Counted from the first letter of the stretch, positions 1-12,682 are shown. The stretch: DNA of 64,000 nucleotides from Octopus vulgaris (GCA_951406725.2 OX597828.1:7936001-8000000), one strand, 5' to 3'. Notes: a model not told the origin generated them from the letters alone. Program-made: numbers and translations.

Positions 1-243
1 ATAATCGACTTAATCCGTTTGTCGGTCCTCGTTTGTCCTCCCTGTGTGTAGCCCCTTGTGGGTAGTAAAGAAATAGGTATTTCGTCGGTCTTTATGTTCT
101 GAGTTCAAATTCCGCCGAGGTCGACTTTGCCTTTCATCCTTTCGGTGTCGATAAATTAATTACCATTTGCGTACTGCAGTTGATCTAATCAACTGGTCCC
201 TTCCCCAACAATTTCGGGCCGTGTGCCTAGATTACAAAAGTAA
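1..243 (+). mobile_element. SINE family A, tail-to-body junction of a tandem multimer (truncated by window start)
   Basis: Core gagttcaaattccgccgaggtcgactttgcctttcatcctttcgg (B-box-like GTTCAAATT) shared with many copies in the window, preceded by the family's own tail ttaatccgtttgtc...gtaaagaaatag. Confidence 0.85.
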
Positions 244-535
244 AGAATATTACTAGCAGAACCATCAGCTTCACCCAGCTGTTTTATAGTGGAGTGGAGA
301 ATAGGACGGTTATTTGGCTATGTCCTTAGAGCAAAGGATAACTATGCTATATTCAAAGATCAAAGTACGTATCCCATCGAGTTCAAATTTGCCTTCCATC
401 ACACTAGGGTATATAAAATACCGTTCTAGACAGGCACAAGGTTGCTGCAATGGAGAAATCTTCTCGTGTGTAAAGTCCAGGGATGTGTGCTTTTATGTAG
501 GTATGTATAACGTATATATGTATTACGTATATATG

Positions 536-606
<71 letters not shown>

Positions 607-612
<6 letters not shown>

Positions 613-1086
613 TTGTATACTGTCAACTTAACGTGACAGTCCCGTAAGACTTCGTAGATATATATATTTTTTTTCAGTGAAATTCATTCACTGATCACCA
701 AAATCAGAAATATTAAATTTCTAAATATCTCATAGAGATATGTGCGGTGGTGGAGCGATAGAAAAAAAAATGTTTACGAAGTCTAGACAAATATCTTCAG
801 CTAGCAGGCCTTGCTACTCTAGACCGATGATGGGCAAGACCCTGAAACATGCATGTATCTAGATGCAGGCCTAGCTGTTGTGGGTGTTTGTCTCCCCTTC
901 GTAAATATATAAGGGCACAGGAAATGTGTCAAGGCCGACAGAAAGCGTCGATGCTTCCTAGGGATAAATAGCTGTGGTGTAATTCCCTTACGGGACTGTC
1001 TCGTTAAGTTGACAGTATACAACCACTCTATCGCTCCACCACCGCACATATCTCTATGAGATATTTAGAAATTTTATATTTCTGAT
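607..1086. mobile_element. Penelope pLTR-like or retrozyme-like relic with permuted inverted repeats
   Basis: 607-648 is the reverse complement of 987-1028 and 703-760 of 1029-1086 (one mismatch each); contains a hammerhead fold; flanked by (TA)n/(GA)n. Confidence 0.6.
818..863 (+). ncRNA. Type I hammerhead ribozyme-like motif (U4>C core variant)
   Basis: tctaga-CCGATGA-t-ggg-caaga-ccc-t-GAAA-c-atgcat-g-TA-tctaga: stem I, stem II, palindromic stem III and GUA cleavage triplet in canonical order. Confidence 0.7.
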
Positions 1087-1115
1087 ATATATATATGTAT
1101 GTATATATGTATGTG

Positions 1116-1166
<51 letters not shown>

Positions 1167-1376
1167 ATATATTTATTTATATACATATATATATACAAGT
1201 CTGTGTGTGTTTGTATGTGTGTGCGTTTATGCACGCGCTGTGTGTATGCGTAAACGAATGTACGATTGTCTATGTAAAATTTCTCTGAGCACATGGAATT
1301 ACATTTTGCAATGTATGCTTTCCCGATTCCAAAATGCCACCATGTATTTTGATGAAATCTCCTTGATATGTCTATG

Positions 1377-1609
1377 TATTTCTTTACTACCCACAAGGGG
1401 CTAAACACAGAGGGGACAAACAAGGACAGACAAAGGGATTAAGTCGACTACATCGACCCCAGTGCGTAACTGGTACTTAATTTATCGACCCAGAAAGGAT
1501 GAAAGGCAAAGTCGACCTCGGCGGAATTTGAACTCGGAACGTAACGACAGGCGAAATACGGGTACGAATTTCGCCCGGCGTGCTAACGTTTCTACCAGCT
1601 CGACGCCTT
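1377..1609 (-). mobile_element. SINE family A, near full length
   Basis: Reverse complement runs from ggcgtcgagctggtagaaacgttagcacgccgggcgaaat through the core to the gtaaagaaata tail. Confidence 0.9.
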
Positions 1610-2207
1610 GATATGTCTATGTAGCAGATTACTTCTCCATGCAGAAGCACATATTTGTTTCCTAGGCATCCACATTGCGAGCCTAACACACTGAAGTTCG
1701 TTCAAGAAACCCTGGTACGTTTTATGCTAAGAGAACGTTTGATGTAGCTATAGTTCTTTTATTTATATTAATAAACAAATTTTTAAAATATGAATCATGT
1801 AAAAAAGAAAACAAATATGGCGTAAAATTGTATGACATAAAACATATTCTGAATTGCATTTGCTTTCAATTCGGAGTGCCGTTTTTCACTACTCGCTACT
1901 CAAGCTTTTCAGCAAACTATTTCCCCTCTGATAGAAGCAATAATTTGTCTACATATTATGAAGCCATTCGCATATAGTTGAAATATTTCACTTGAAAGAG
2001 TATTAGACTGAAAATCTGGCGGTTCTTTGTAGAATCATAAATCTCAGAAAGAACATAGCGAATTACCGAAATTTTTATAGTGTGATTTAGTTATGATGGA
2101 CTTAATTATGAAAAGGGGATGTTTGATCACATATTTACATATCAACGCATAGTCATCGTTATTATATTGTCTTTTAAATTGGTCTACACAAACATAAAAC
2201 TAAAATA

Positions 2208-2386
2208 GAAAACAATTACAGCGTGGAAGGTGTTTATAAGCCATTTAAGAAACACACAAAATCCGTTAGATTAACTTCAACATTTAAATTTGATTTGTCA
2301 AAATAATTTCGTCGCTTTGAGACCGTGACCTGTTCACTTAAAATATTCCATGCTGCATAAACACCTTCCATGCTGCAATTGTTTTC
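2208..2386. repeat. 30-bp inverted repeat (28/30) with 119-bp spacer
   Basis: gaaaacaattacagcgtggaaggtgtttat (2208-2237) vs ataaacaccttccatgctgcaattgttttc (2357-2386). Confidence 0.8.
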
Positions 2387-3620
2387 GTTCCAGCACACGA
2401 TCTCAGATCAAGTCACTTGTTCTGCAAGTACATCTCCGTAATAAAATAGAAAAAATTATGATAATATGCATTTCACTATATTATAGATGAAATGAAATAC
2501 AATATTACAGGTGAAATATTTAAGAGTTCAGATTCACTCATCTTATTTAACTTTAGAAAATATTTCCGGAAATATATTTGTGTTTTTATTTTTGATGATA
2601 TAAAACGTAATAAATTACTGGTGCTAAAGAGTGTTTGGTTTAGATATTATAATTTGCTGTCGAATATATGTATAAATTTCATCCTACAATTAAAATGTAG
2701 TATAATACACGCAGTACTGACTGAACCTTATAAATTTATTCTATAATACATTATAGAATCTATTAAAGATATCTTGTGGTGACATTTGTTCACCTGTGTT
2801 TTAGTATTTGGGTGTCAAGGATGTGAATTTCAAATTTATTTGTAGAAAAATACTGCAACTCACAATGCCTTGCAAGCATTAGTCAGACTTTCACAAATCC
2901 ACCCAATTTCTTAATTATGCGACCGTGAGGCCAAAAAATAAAAAGTAAAATAAAGACATTTGAAAAATATGCACAAATTTCGTCAGACGAACGTAAAGGG
3001 AAATATAATAATTATAGTAGAATTAACAACACGAAAATGTTCGTAATACAAGACTTTCTGACAAAACATATTTCGAGAAGAGTTTACGACTCTAACTCTA
3101 AATTGCAAGATTTATTTATGTATGTATGTATGTATTTATTTATTTAGTCATTCATTCAATCAGCCATTTATAGAAGATGTCCATTATAATCACCGAATTG
3201 TATCCATAATGAACATTAATGTCTTTCAATTAAAGTTAGGGCGGTGAATTAGCAATTCCACGTTTTCTCAGCATTTTATAACCCGAATTCAAACCCTGCA
3301 AATGTCAACTTCGCCTTCCAATCAGTCGATAAAACAATGTAACATTGTAGTTGGTGAAATTGTTATATAGAAGACGAAATGCTTTGCATTATTTGTCGTA
3401 TATTTTATGCTCTAAGTGTTCAAGCAAGTGGGTCTTTGAAAAAAAGATCAATGGACATAAATGAAGAGCCTCTTTTCTATTCTTCCGTGAAATATCTATG
3501 GCAAGCATGTAGCACTTACATGTGAAATCACAAGGGCCATTGATGTACTTTTACATTTAAAGGAAAACTTACGTTGCGTGGAAATCAGCAATTGGAGATG
3601 TAAACATACATACATACATA

Positions 3621-3681
<61 letters not shown>

Positions 3682-3683
<2 letters not shown>

Positions 3684-4025
3684 GGTGTAGGAGTGGCTGT
3701 GTGGTAAGTAGCTTGCTTATGAATTACATGGTTCCGGGTTCAGTCCCACTGCGTGGCACCTTGTCCAAGTGTCTTCTACTATAGTCTCTGGCCGACCAAA
3801 GCCTCGTGAGTTGATTTGGTGGACGGAAACTGAAAGAAGCCCGTCCTATATATATATATGTGTGAGTGTGTGTGTGTATGTGTGTGTCTGTGTTTGTCCC
3901 CCCAATATCGTTTGACAACCGATGCTGGTGTGTTCGACAAAAGTGACCGATAGAATAAGTACTAGGCTTTGTGTGTCTCTGTTTGCCCCCACCAACATCG
4001 CTTGACAACTGATTTTGGTGTGATG
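3682..4025 (+). mobile_element. SINE family B (tRNA head, CORE-like), 3' truncated with internal duplication
   Basis: ggagtggctgtgtggtaagtagcttgc head, ggttcagtccc B-box-like, caccttgtccaagtg CORE-like motif, internal (TA)n(TG)n. Confidence 0.85.
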
Positions 4026-4276
4026 TTTTTGGAGCGATTTAAATAAGAGTTTTGACTGTTATTTCCAGCGGATAGACATACTTAGTATGTCCTTTGATTA
4101 ATTTTAATCCTTCAGCTGTTTAACGATTTTTGGGCCCAACAATCGTCTATATCATTGATTCTGTTATTATCATTATTATTTGTTACACCAGATAATAACT
4201 GAGTCCATAATACCTTCACAAATATTTTCTGAATTATTGGCTCTATATTGAAATATATAATATATATATATATATA

Positions 4277-4490
4277 TAGTTAATCCAAACAAGAAAACAC
4301 AGAAAAAAAACACAGCAACGCGAGGACGTGGAACAATTAAAGTATTATTTGACGCTCAGGAAAGAAGGGAATGAGGGTTTAACGTTTCGAGCGGAGCTCT
4401 TCGTCGGAAACAAAGGAGAAGGAAAGATCCCGAGAAGGGAAGACAGGGGAAAAAAAAAATTTTTGCTGGTGGTGCTCAAGAGATCACATG
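4277..4490 (-). mobile_element. (TA)n-embedded repeat carrying a minimal hammerhead (Penelope-like relic)
   Basis: Homologous to 45844-46050 and 60720-60783; begins agttaatccaaac directly after (TA)n. Confidence 0.65.
4377..4411 (-). ncRNA. Minimal hammerhead ribozyme-like motif
   Basis: Minus strand gttt-CCGACGA-a-gagc-tcc-gctc-GAAAC-GTT-aaac; stem III reduced to the palindrome AACGTT. Confidence 0.6.
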
Positions 4491-4702
4491 TATATATATA
4501 AATGAAGTTGAAAATGCACAGAGGGGATATTAAAATAAATTAGTATTTTTCATATTTTTAAATTTAGGAGTAATATATACTTTACATTTTTGAAAATATA
4601 ATGTAAACCTGGCAAAGTGTGTTTCTATATTTGAAAATGTATTTAAGCTCTAATTATTTTCAATATATTCTCTGTGAATTTTCAGCTACATTTCATATAT
4701 AT

Positions 4703-4741
<39 letters not shown>

Positions 4742-7020
4742 TAGGGGGAGAGAAAGAGGGAGAGAGATATAATAATTGAGGAATAGCATTGATGTCTATA
4801 TCCTTAACTAATTAGGAAGTGTTTAATGTGAGAAATATATGAAAACGTCTCTTCTCATTCATCTTCGTAGAAAATTGCACGAGTTACTTTCTCTTTTTTT
4901 ATTGGTCAAAGGTAACGTTTTTGTCTACGTAATTACTTTACTCGCCCGTAGGAATTTGTAATACTAAAAGGCAGTCCTATCAAAATATGCAAAATATATA
5001 GTGAGGGCAGGTAATATTTTTCACACTTAAATTTTATGTGAAACTTCTGATTGTCATCAGTGAATCTATACCGAATTAGGCTTATGCATAGAAATTATTT
5101 GCAGATACATTTCGTCCACGCAATATAATATTCTTATATGTACATTTATTGCTAGTCTCAAGCAAAAGTATTGTGTAAGACCCAGTGTTGTGAAAACGAA
5201 AACATTTTGTGATATTTTTTTTAACAATGCAGTCCACGATCTCATTGTGATTTCTCTATTCCCGTTAACCCTCTTGATATGTAAAGCAGAATTGTATGAA
5301 TTTAGCTTTCGCTAACGAAACAGAGTATAGATTCGTACATTTGATTTGAAATTACATGTCGTCTGCTGCTACTAGACTGACATTCTGTATGTTCTGTTAT
5401 TGTATGTCTTCAAAACGAAATAAATGAAATATATGCTTTGAAATATGTAAATCGGGGAATAAGTATTTAATCATCATGCCTAGATTATCACGAGGAATTC
5501 CATTAATGCGAAAGACCTTTATCTGAATGCCTCATCTCTTTCCTCCACTATATATTTGCAGTAAGGCAGGAACTTTCATAGATATTAAACGTATCAGTAT
5601 GAATAATTGCTTGTGAATATGAAGTGAATATCATAGAGTTATTATTTCATAGGTTATTTATGGGATATGATGTGTCTATATGTGCATCTGCGACAGTTTA
5701 TGAGCGATTCAACGTGCCTTTGTGAATTCATGTATATGTATGTGAAGTTGTGTGAAATTTGGGGAATAACGTAGGAGAGGACAAAAGGGTAAAATAGAGA
5801 GGAGCAGAAAGAAACGTGTAAGTGTATGTATGTTGGATATAGTGTGATAGTATAGCGATCGCGTTTGCGTGAAAGAGTGTACGATTTTAGGTGTGGGAGC
5901 GAGAGTAAGAAGTGAACGACAGAGACATATATGCATCAGTGTACATGCATGCAATAGCATGATATGAGAAGCGGAAAGGGGAGGTAGAAATAGTGTGTTA
6001 GAGTGACAAAGTGAGTGGAGAAGGGGAAGAGGTGGTGTAAGCGAGATAATAGATGAGAAGGAAAGAATGCGAGTAAATTTAAATGGGAGAATAAGAGTAA
6101 GGAAAAGGGAGTAAGTGAAAGGATGGGTGGGTGAGCGAGAGCGATGGAAAGATAGATAATAGAACGTGAAGAGATACCTGAATGGATGTGATAGATAGAT
6201 AGATGGACAGATAGATAGATAAATAGAGAGAGAGAGAGAGTGAGGAAAGAAAAGGTGAGAGGGAGAGAGATAACTAGATTCGTATAATCCAGTGTTGAAA
6301 TATTCAGATGTTTTAAGAACTAAACGTTATCTTTTGAAGAAACACCGCGAAAAACATGTTAATTGATGTCTAATTTAATGAAAGAGCAACACACCGCCAC
6401 AAGTTTGGTTGTTTACCGAAGATCACACGCGATACTGCAGGATAAATCTTTTCAGCTAACTCTGCATTTAAAGAAACGGGCAGAAAAAAAAAACCCAACT
6501 GCTTGTTATCTACATAAATGCTGCAAGCTGATTTTTCATTACATGGTTTGCTAAAAGTAAGTTAATAGGAGAAATCCGACAGAATTTTCATAATATTCCT
6601 CCCGTTTTTTGACAATTACTGTATTGAAAGTGACTAAACAGTATTACTTTTTTTTATATACATATGTATAAATTTCAATTAATTACCATTTTTTCCTTCT
6701 ATTTTTTCTATCCTCAGGTCAATGGTATTTTCTGTGTAATTAAGAGTGCAAGAAAACCTAATTCTATGTACAAACATACATGCACATTCTCAACGCACGA
6801 ACAGAAGCACTTGCATGCATACACAAACAGATACAATCACATATACATATACACTTTTCTACATATACACATACAAAAAGAACATATAATATATATATGT
6901 ATATATATATGCATATACATATACATATACATATATGCACACACACACACATATATAGATGTATCATGTATACATACATGCATACATATATACATACACA
7001 CACACACACACACACACACG

Positions 7021-7070
<50 letters not shown>

Positions 7071-7579
7071 CATACACACACAAATATATATACTTGCACA
7101 CATATATGAGTGTAGTGTAGGCTTGTACATTTTAGCACGTGCATAGTTGTTTTAATACAAGAGAGCCATAAGCTGTATCTACAAAAATGATATTATTTAA
7201 TAAAACCAAAATTCTTCAAACTTCTCTTCTGGCTGATGAAGCATGCACCATAACTTTCAAGCTTTGCCCTATTTATTAGTAACATCAAGTTAAATTTCTC
7301 ACTACTCTACTAGATATTCAATCTAGGTCGTTATGGAATATATATACCAAACACCACCACCACCACCATTTCAGTTATGACATTATTCTGATTACTTCTA
7401 TAATAAAGGTGAGCTGCGGGTACTGCTCAGTAAAAAGAAAAAGAAAAACACGGGTAGGAATTCTATTGGCGTGTGGCTAAGTAGCTACGTTGTAAGAGTT
7501 ACGGGCATAAGTTCAGGGATCGATTCCTGTGCCAATGACATGTCTTTGAATAAAGAACTACATTTCACGTTGCACTTAT

Positions 7580-7614
<35 letters not shown>

Positions 7615-7642
7615 CTCTGTCTCTCGCTTTCTCTGTTTCACA

Positions 7643-7719
<77 letters not shown>

Positions 7720-7814
7720 TTTAACTGTTGCTGGGTCCAGAATAAGTGAACCAAGAAAATATCCATGCAACAAACCATATAATAATGATGATGATGACGA
7801 CGACGATGATGATA

Positions 7815-8030
7815 ACCCCTTAATATTTGATTAGATGGATAAAGGAAATAGGCATAAAAGTTAGTTTAGTGCAGGTCTAAAACACAGTATTATTAGGGAC
7901 AGCAAGGATTAGCAGGAGGGTTCTAATTACTGGTAAGAGAAAGACTGCCGAAAACGTGTGGATACTTAAGGCTACAGGTAGTAACCACATAAATCCTAGT
8001 AGGACTGAGACCAAACCTGAGCTCTGTTTC
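7815..8030 (+). mobile_element. R4/Dong-like LINE, extreme 3' fragment
   Basis: Encodes NTVLLGTARISRRVL, matching the C-terminal LLGTARILR.VL motif of the other copies; followed by an AAT-type trinucleotide array. Confidence 0.7.
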
Positions 8031-8073
8031 TATAATGATAATAATGATAACAACAACAATAATAATAATAATA

Positions 8074-8131
<58 letters not shown>

Positions 8132-8272
8132 CGACGACGACGACGATGACGACGACGATGACGATGAGGATGAGGATGATGATGAGGATGAGGATGAGGA
8201 TGAGGATGAGGAGAATCATGATGATGATGTTGATGACGATGATGATGACGATGATGATGATCACAATAATAG
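8031..8272. repeat. Compound trinucleotide microsatellite AAC/AAT/GAT/GAC/GAG
   Basis: Directly visible. Confidence 0.95.
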
Positions 8273-8534
8273 AGAGCGTGATTGAGATTACGATGATTCA
8301 GAATATGATATCTGTAAAGGATGTACCTGTAATAATAATTGGTGCATGACGGCGTGCGAGTAATGACATAGACATATGCTAAACAGAGAGTGAAACACAA
8401 TGTCCTATACAGCTTTTACAGAAGATTTGCTTCTTAAGACCGATAAAGCGTTTTGAGCTGCTGTAGGCTTATTAAAATCCTGTGCATGTCTGTTGTATCC
8501 TCCGGCTCCAAATGCCGTGGTACCGCCACGATAT

Positions 8535-8799
8535 TGTGACGCTTGGTTTAGATACGCTGTTACCAGTGTAGTAACAGTAAACAATATAACGATGCTGCCG
8601 TGATAACAAAGTAACGATTCAACAATCTCATCACGAACCAACAATCAATATTCCAAACGGACTTACCAACCGACGCCTTCCGACTTCACTGCGAACTCAA
8701 CTCGAACTAACACACAAACTTCACTCCGACCGCTACTATTAATAATCGCTCGGTCCTACCTATTTCTCGCAAGGGGCCGTCATGACTCTCATCACAACA
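8535..8799. mobile_element. Probable solo LTR (265 bp)
   Basis: TGT...ACA termini (tgtgacg / catcacaaca) flanked by ATAT at 8531-8534 and 8800-8803; complex sequence, less AT-rich than surroundings. Confidence 0.45.
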
Positions 8800-8940
8800 A
8801 TATCTAAGGCTACACGTAAATTATCCGCTGCCCGAATAAATTCTGCCAGAAATAAAGAACAATCCCGACTCAATTCAAGTAATAATATTAATAATAATAA
8901 TAATAATAATAATAATGATAATAATAATAATAATAATAAA

Positions 8941-9065
8941 ACTCCCAAAATATATGGCACACTAGGCATAACAACAACATGAACTTCCAACCTATTGTCT
9001 CTTGAGGTCTCTGGGTGAGACTTGGAGCCAACTTGTACAAATATAAAGCAAAAGTCAAACATAGA
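8941..9065 (+). mobile_element. Probable Dong-like LINE 3' UTR fragment inside (TAA)n
   Basis: Short complex segment (…tgaggtctctgggtgagacttgg…) bounded on both sides by (TAA)n; assignment by context only. Confidence 0.4.
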
Positions 9066-9104
9066 ATAATAATAATAATGATAATAATAATAATAATAAT
9101 AATG

Positions 9105-9162
<58 letters not shown>

Positions 9163-9242
9163 TATTGATAATATAATAATAATAATAACAAAAACAACAA
9201 CTACAACAGAACAACCACCACCAGCAACAACAACAAGAAGGA

Positions 9243-9380
9243 CAGATCGACCCCAGTACGCAACTGGTACTTAATTTATCGATCTCGAAAGGATGAAAGG
9301 TATAGTCGACCTCGGTGGAATTTGAACTCAGAACATAAAGACAGACGAAATACCGCTAAGCAATTTGCCCGGCGTGCTAT
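9243..9380 (-). mobile_element. SINE family A fragment
   Basis: gaaaggatgaaaggtatagtcgacctcggtggaatttgaactcag core in reverse orientation. Confidence 0.85.
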
Positions 9381-9386
9381 AATAAA

Positions 9387-9459
<73 letters not shown>

Positions 9460-9460
<1 letters not shown>

Positions 9461-10312
9461 CTCAGAGAAATCGAAGGGAAAGACAAGAGCAACACCTAGA
9501 GATGGCTGAGAAAAAGTGATCTGATAAGATGCACTCAGCTTCTGATATGTAGCGCCCAGATACAAGCTCTGAGAAATAATTACACAAAGTTCTGAATAGA
9601 TAAGACCAGTGAATCGCCTTTTTGTAGGATGTTTGGTACCAAAAAAAATGTCACATATTGTGAGTGAATGTAGCAAGCTGGTCCAAAGGAAGACACGATA
9701 ATGTGGCTAAATTTATTCATTTGAGACTGGGAAAAGTACGGTCTGGACAGAGCACGGAAATGGTACACGCAGAGAGTGCCACTGGGAACAATGAATATAA
9801 GATCCGGTGGGAACTTTACAATCTAGTCTGATACCCTAATCGATGCTTGGAGCCGGACATTGTTGTGGTGGAAAAAAGAAATAAAGGAATGAAGATCTCT
9901 TTCTTTATTTTTTATTTTTTATTTATTTAAAGGAATGAAGATCATAGATATTGCCACAGCTGGGGATGCAAACGTCAATGAGCTAGAAAACACGGAGAAA
10001 TACAGACTACTAAAAGACGAAATAGCAAGAATGTAGGCAATGAGGAGAGTAACTGTAACCCAAATAGTTGAAGGGATACTAAGCGCGCAAATAACCAGGT
10101 TTGAGAAATATATCAGAGAAATTGTTATTGACATGAGGACAGAGCAGTCCCCAAAACTGTTCTATTGGGGACAGCTAGGATTTTGAGATTGGTGCTTGAG
10201 TAACTTCCAGGTATCAAAGCTTATGATTTGCGGAAAGAGAACCTGACAACAGGGTGCTGTCTGCTGTCACAGAATCAACCAGAGCAGGTAAGTTCGAGAG
10301 CTCTGAGAAGTA
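9460..10312 (+). mobile_element. R4/Dong-clade RLE LINE 3' fragment (pseudogenised)
   Basis: Decayed translation WLRKSDL..LICSAQIQALRNNY..PFCRM..HIVSEC (zinc knuckle remnant), PDIVVVEK..IIDIA (PD..D endonuclease), KTVLLGTARILRLVL; starts in (TAA)n. Confidence 0.85.
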
Positions 10313-10672
10313 AAACATTAATAATATCAAACTTTAGCACAAGGCCAGCAATTTTGGGGGAGGATGCTAATTGATTACATCATCCCTAGTAGTCAACTGG
10401 GACTCACTTTATCGACCCCGAAAGGATAAAATGAAAAGTTGACCTCGGTGGAATTTGAACCTAAAACATGTAGCTAACCATTTGCTCAGCGTGCTAGTGA
10501 TCCAACCAGCTCGCTGCCTAATGCGTTCTCCTATAACCACAAGGTTTATAGTACAGTACCGGATTTACTCACTCCCCCAAAATTTGCTGTTATTTTGCTC
10601 TAAATATTTATTATTAATTTTATTTTTAGTAGTAGTAGTAGTAGCTATTGTTGTTGTAGTAGTGGTAGTAGT

Positions 10673-10704
<32 letters not shown>

Positions 10705-12097
10705 TATTAAGTTATAGTTGATTATTGAAGACTCTCAGACTGGTGTGTGATTTATGGTTAATATATGTAGGTTTCCCCGTTTTGAACCGTATTAAATGCC
10801 AGGTGTTCTCTGGGCATACCGCACATAAGGTGTTCGACCTCATCTGCTTCTTTGCTAAGATCACGCAATCGCAGCTGCGGCAATAAACTAACAAACGAAA
10901 GCAAAATAGAATTACTACAAGTGCAACAGTAATGATAAAGAACAATCGTCGGTGGCGGTGTCATCATGAGCGAAAGCAGCGATAGAAGTAGCTTTTCATC
11001 AGGATCAGCATCAATAGCAGCTTCAGTATTGGTGATCTTATGAACACAGTATCATTGTCAGTAGTATCAAAATGCCAATAGCTCGGTAAATGTATAAAGG
11101 TAACAGCAACAAGAGCAACAACGGTGATGACGGTGACAACAGCAACATCAACGAAATAACGATAGTAAGAACAATACGTAATAATCAATTACTGTGTAGT
11201 TATTTATTTATTCATTCGGTTTTGGTTATTTTGCTTGTCTCTCCTGCAATAGATCGAAAGTGGCATTGTCAATTAAAGGAATCAGACACAAGAAGAGTAA
11301 ACCACATATTAAACAGATCACTGGCAATAAAAACCCGAAGGACATTGATAACCCCTGTCGTAAAGCTAGCCAACAGATGGACATTTTTTGGCTGTATTAC
11401 CATCATTTTCTTGATATATAATGACAGGTCCTCCAGCCATACTGTCCGTCAATTATATTCTGATGGCTACTTATCCTAATTGATATCAAATTTCCAAGTG
11501 GCTGGACATCTCACCTCAAGGCCAAGCGAACGTCCAGCACACCTGGTGTCTTCCGTTCGAATCACTGTCACAATCCCAAGGGCCAGTCAGCGTAGAGTGA
11601 CCACAAATAGTCATATATGTGTGTGTGTGTGTACGTGTGTGTGTGCGTGTGTGTGTGCGTGTGTGTGTGTGCGTGCGTGTGCGTGTGTGTGTATATATAC
11701 ATATGTATACACACACAAACACACACATACACACACTCACTTATATGTATGCGTGTATGTGTATATATACACCATTATATATACATGCATACTTACATAT
11801 ATACATACAAGTCCAGTTCTGATAATTCACTTAAAAGCAGGAATAAAAATAAGAGAGTAACACACACACACACATACATACAGACGCACACACACATTCA
11901 CGCACACACACATATACACACACTTAGAAAAGTATATATACATATACAGAGAGGGGAAGGCAATAAGTAACTTTAGAAAAACGGATATGGATTTACATAT
12001 ACATACTTACAGTTTTATTTAGATAGATAAATACATAGTTAAACAGATAAGTATATATACAGACATACACACACACACAATCACACACACATATATA

Positions 12098-12142
12098 GAT
12101 AGATAGATAGGTAGATAGATAGATGGATGGATAAAAAGATAG

Positions 12143-12177
<35 letters not shown>

Positions 12178-12189
12178 TAAATAGATAGT

Positions 12190-12225
<36 letters not shown>

Positions 12226-12255
12226 AAGATAGAAAGATAGCTAGAGAGATATGTT

Positions 12256-12339
<84 letters not shown>

Positions 12340-12342
12340 GAA
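12098..12342. repeat. (AGAT)n/(AT)n microsatellite
   Basis: Directly visible. Confidence 0.95.
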
Positions 12343-12682
12343 AAGACTCGGATAAACAGACAACTAGAGGAGTATTGCCCTCTTTGATGCGGGTGGCCTT
12401 AGTGTCATCTGTGTGATCTTTGCTTCCAGCTTTTCTACCTTTCTATTTTCTCATGGGGTACCGACAGGCTGTCTTCCTAACCAGTGGTTCAAATAGATTG
12501 AACATTGACATGAATATCCGCAATGGAGAAAAATGCTGTTTCGATAATATGAAGGCATAGTCGAGAGGAAGGGGAAGAGATGGAAAAAGTGGATATTAGA
12601 GAATCTTGAGAATTTTGAGCATAGGAAAGAGGGATTGGGGAGAGAATAAGGGATAATAAAACAAGTAGAGAGAGAGAGAGAG

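Noticed and set aside
6688-6760. Polypyrimidine tract plus CAG resembling a splice acceptor
   Set aside because: No recognisable coding sequence or convincing partner exon follows
8405-8644. 79-aa complex minus-strand ORF
   Set aside because: No recognisable motif, and it straddles the proposed LTR boundary
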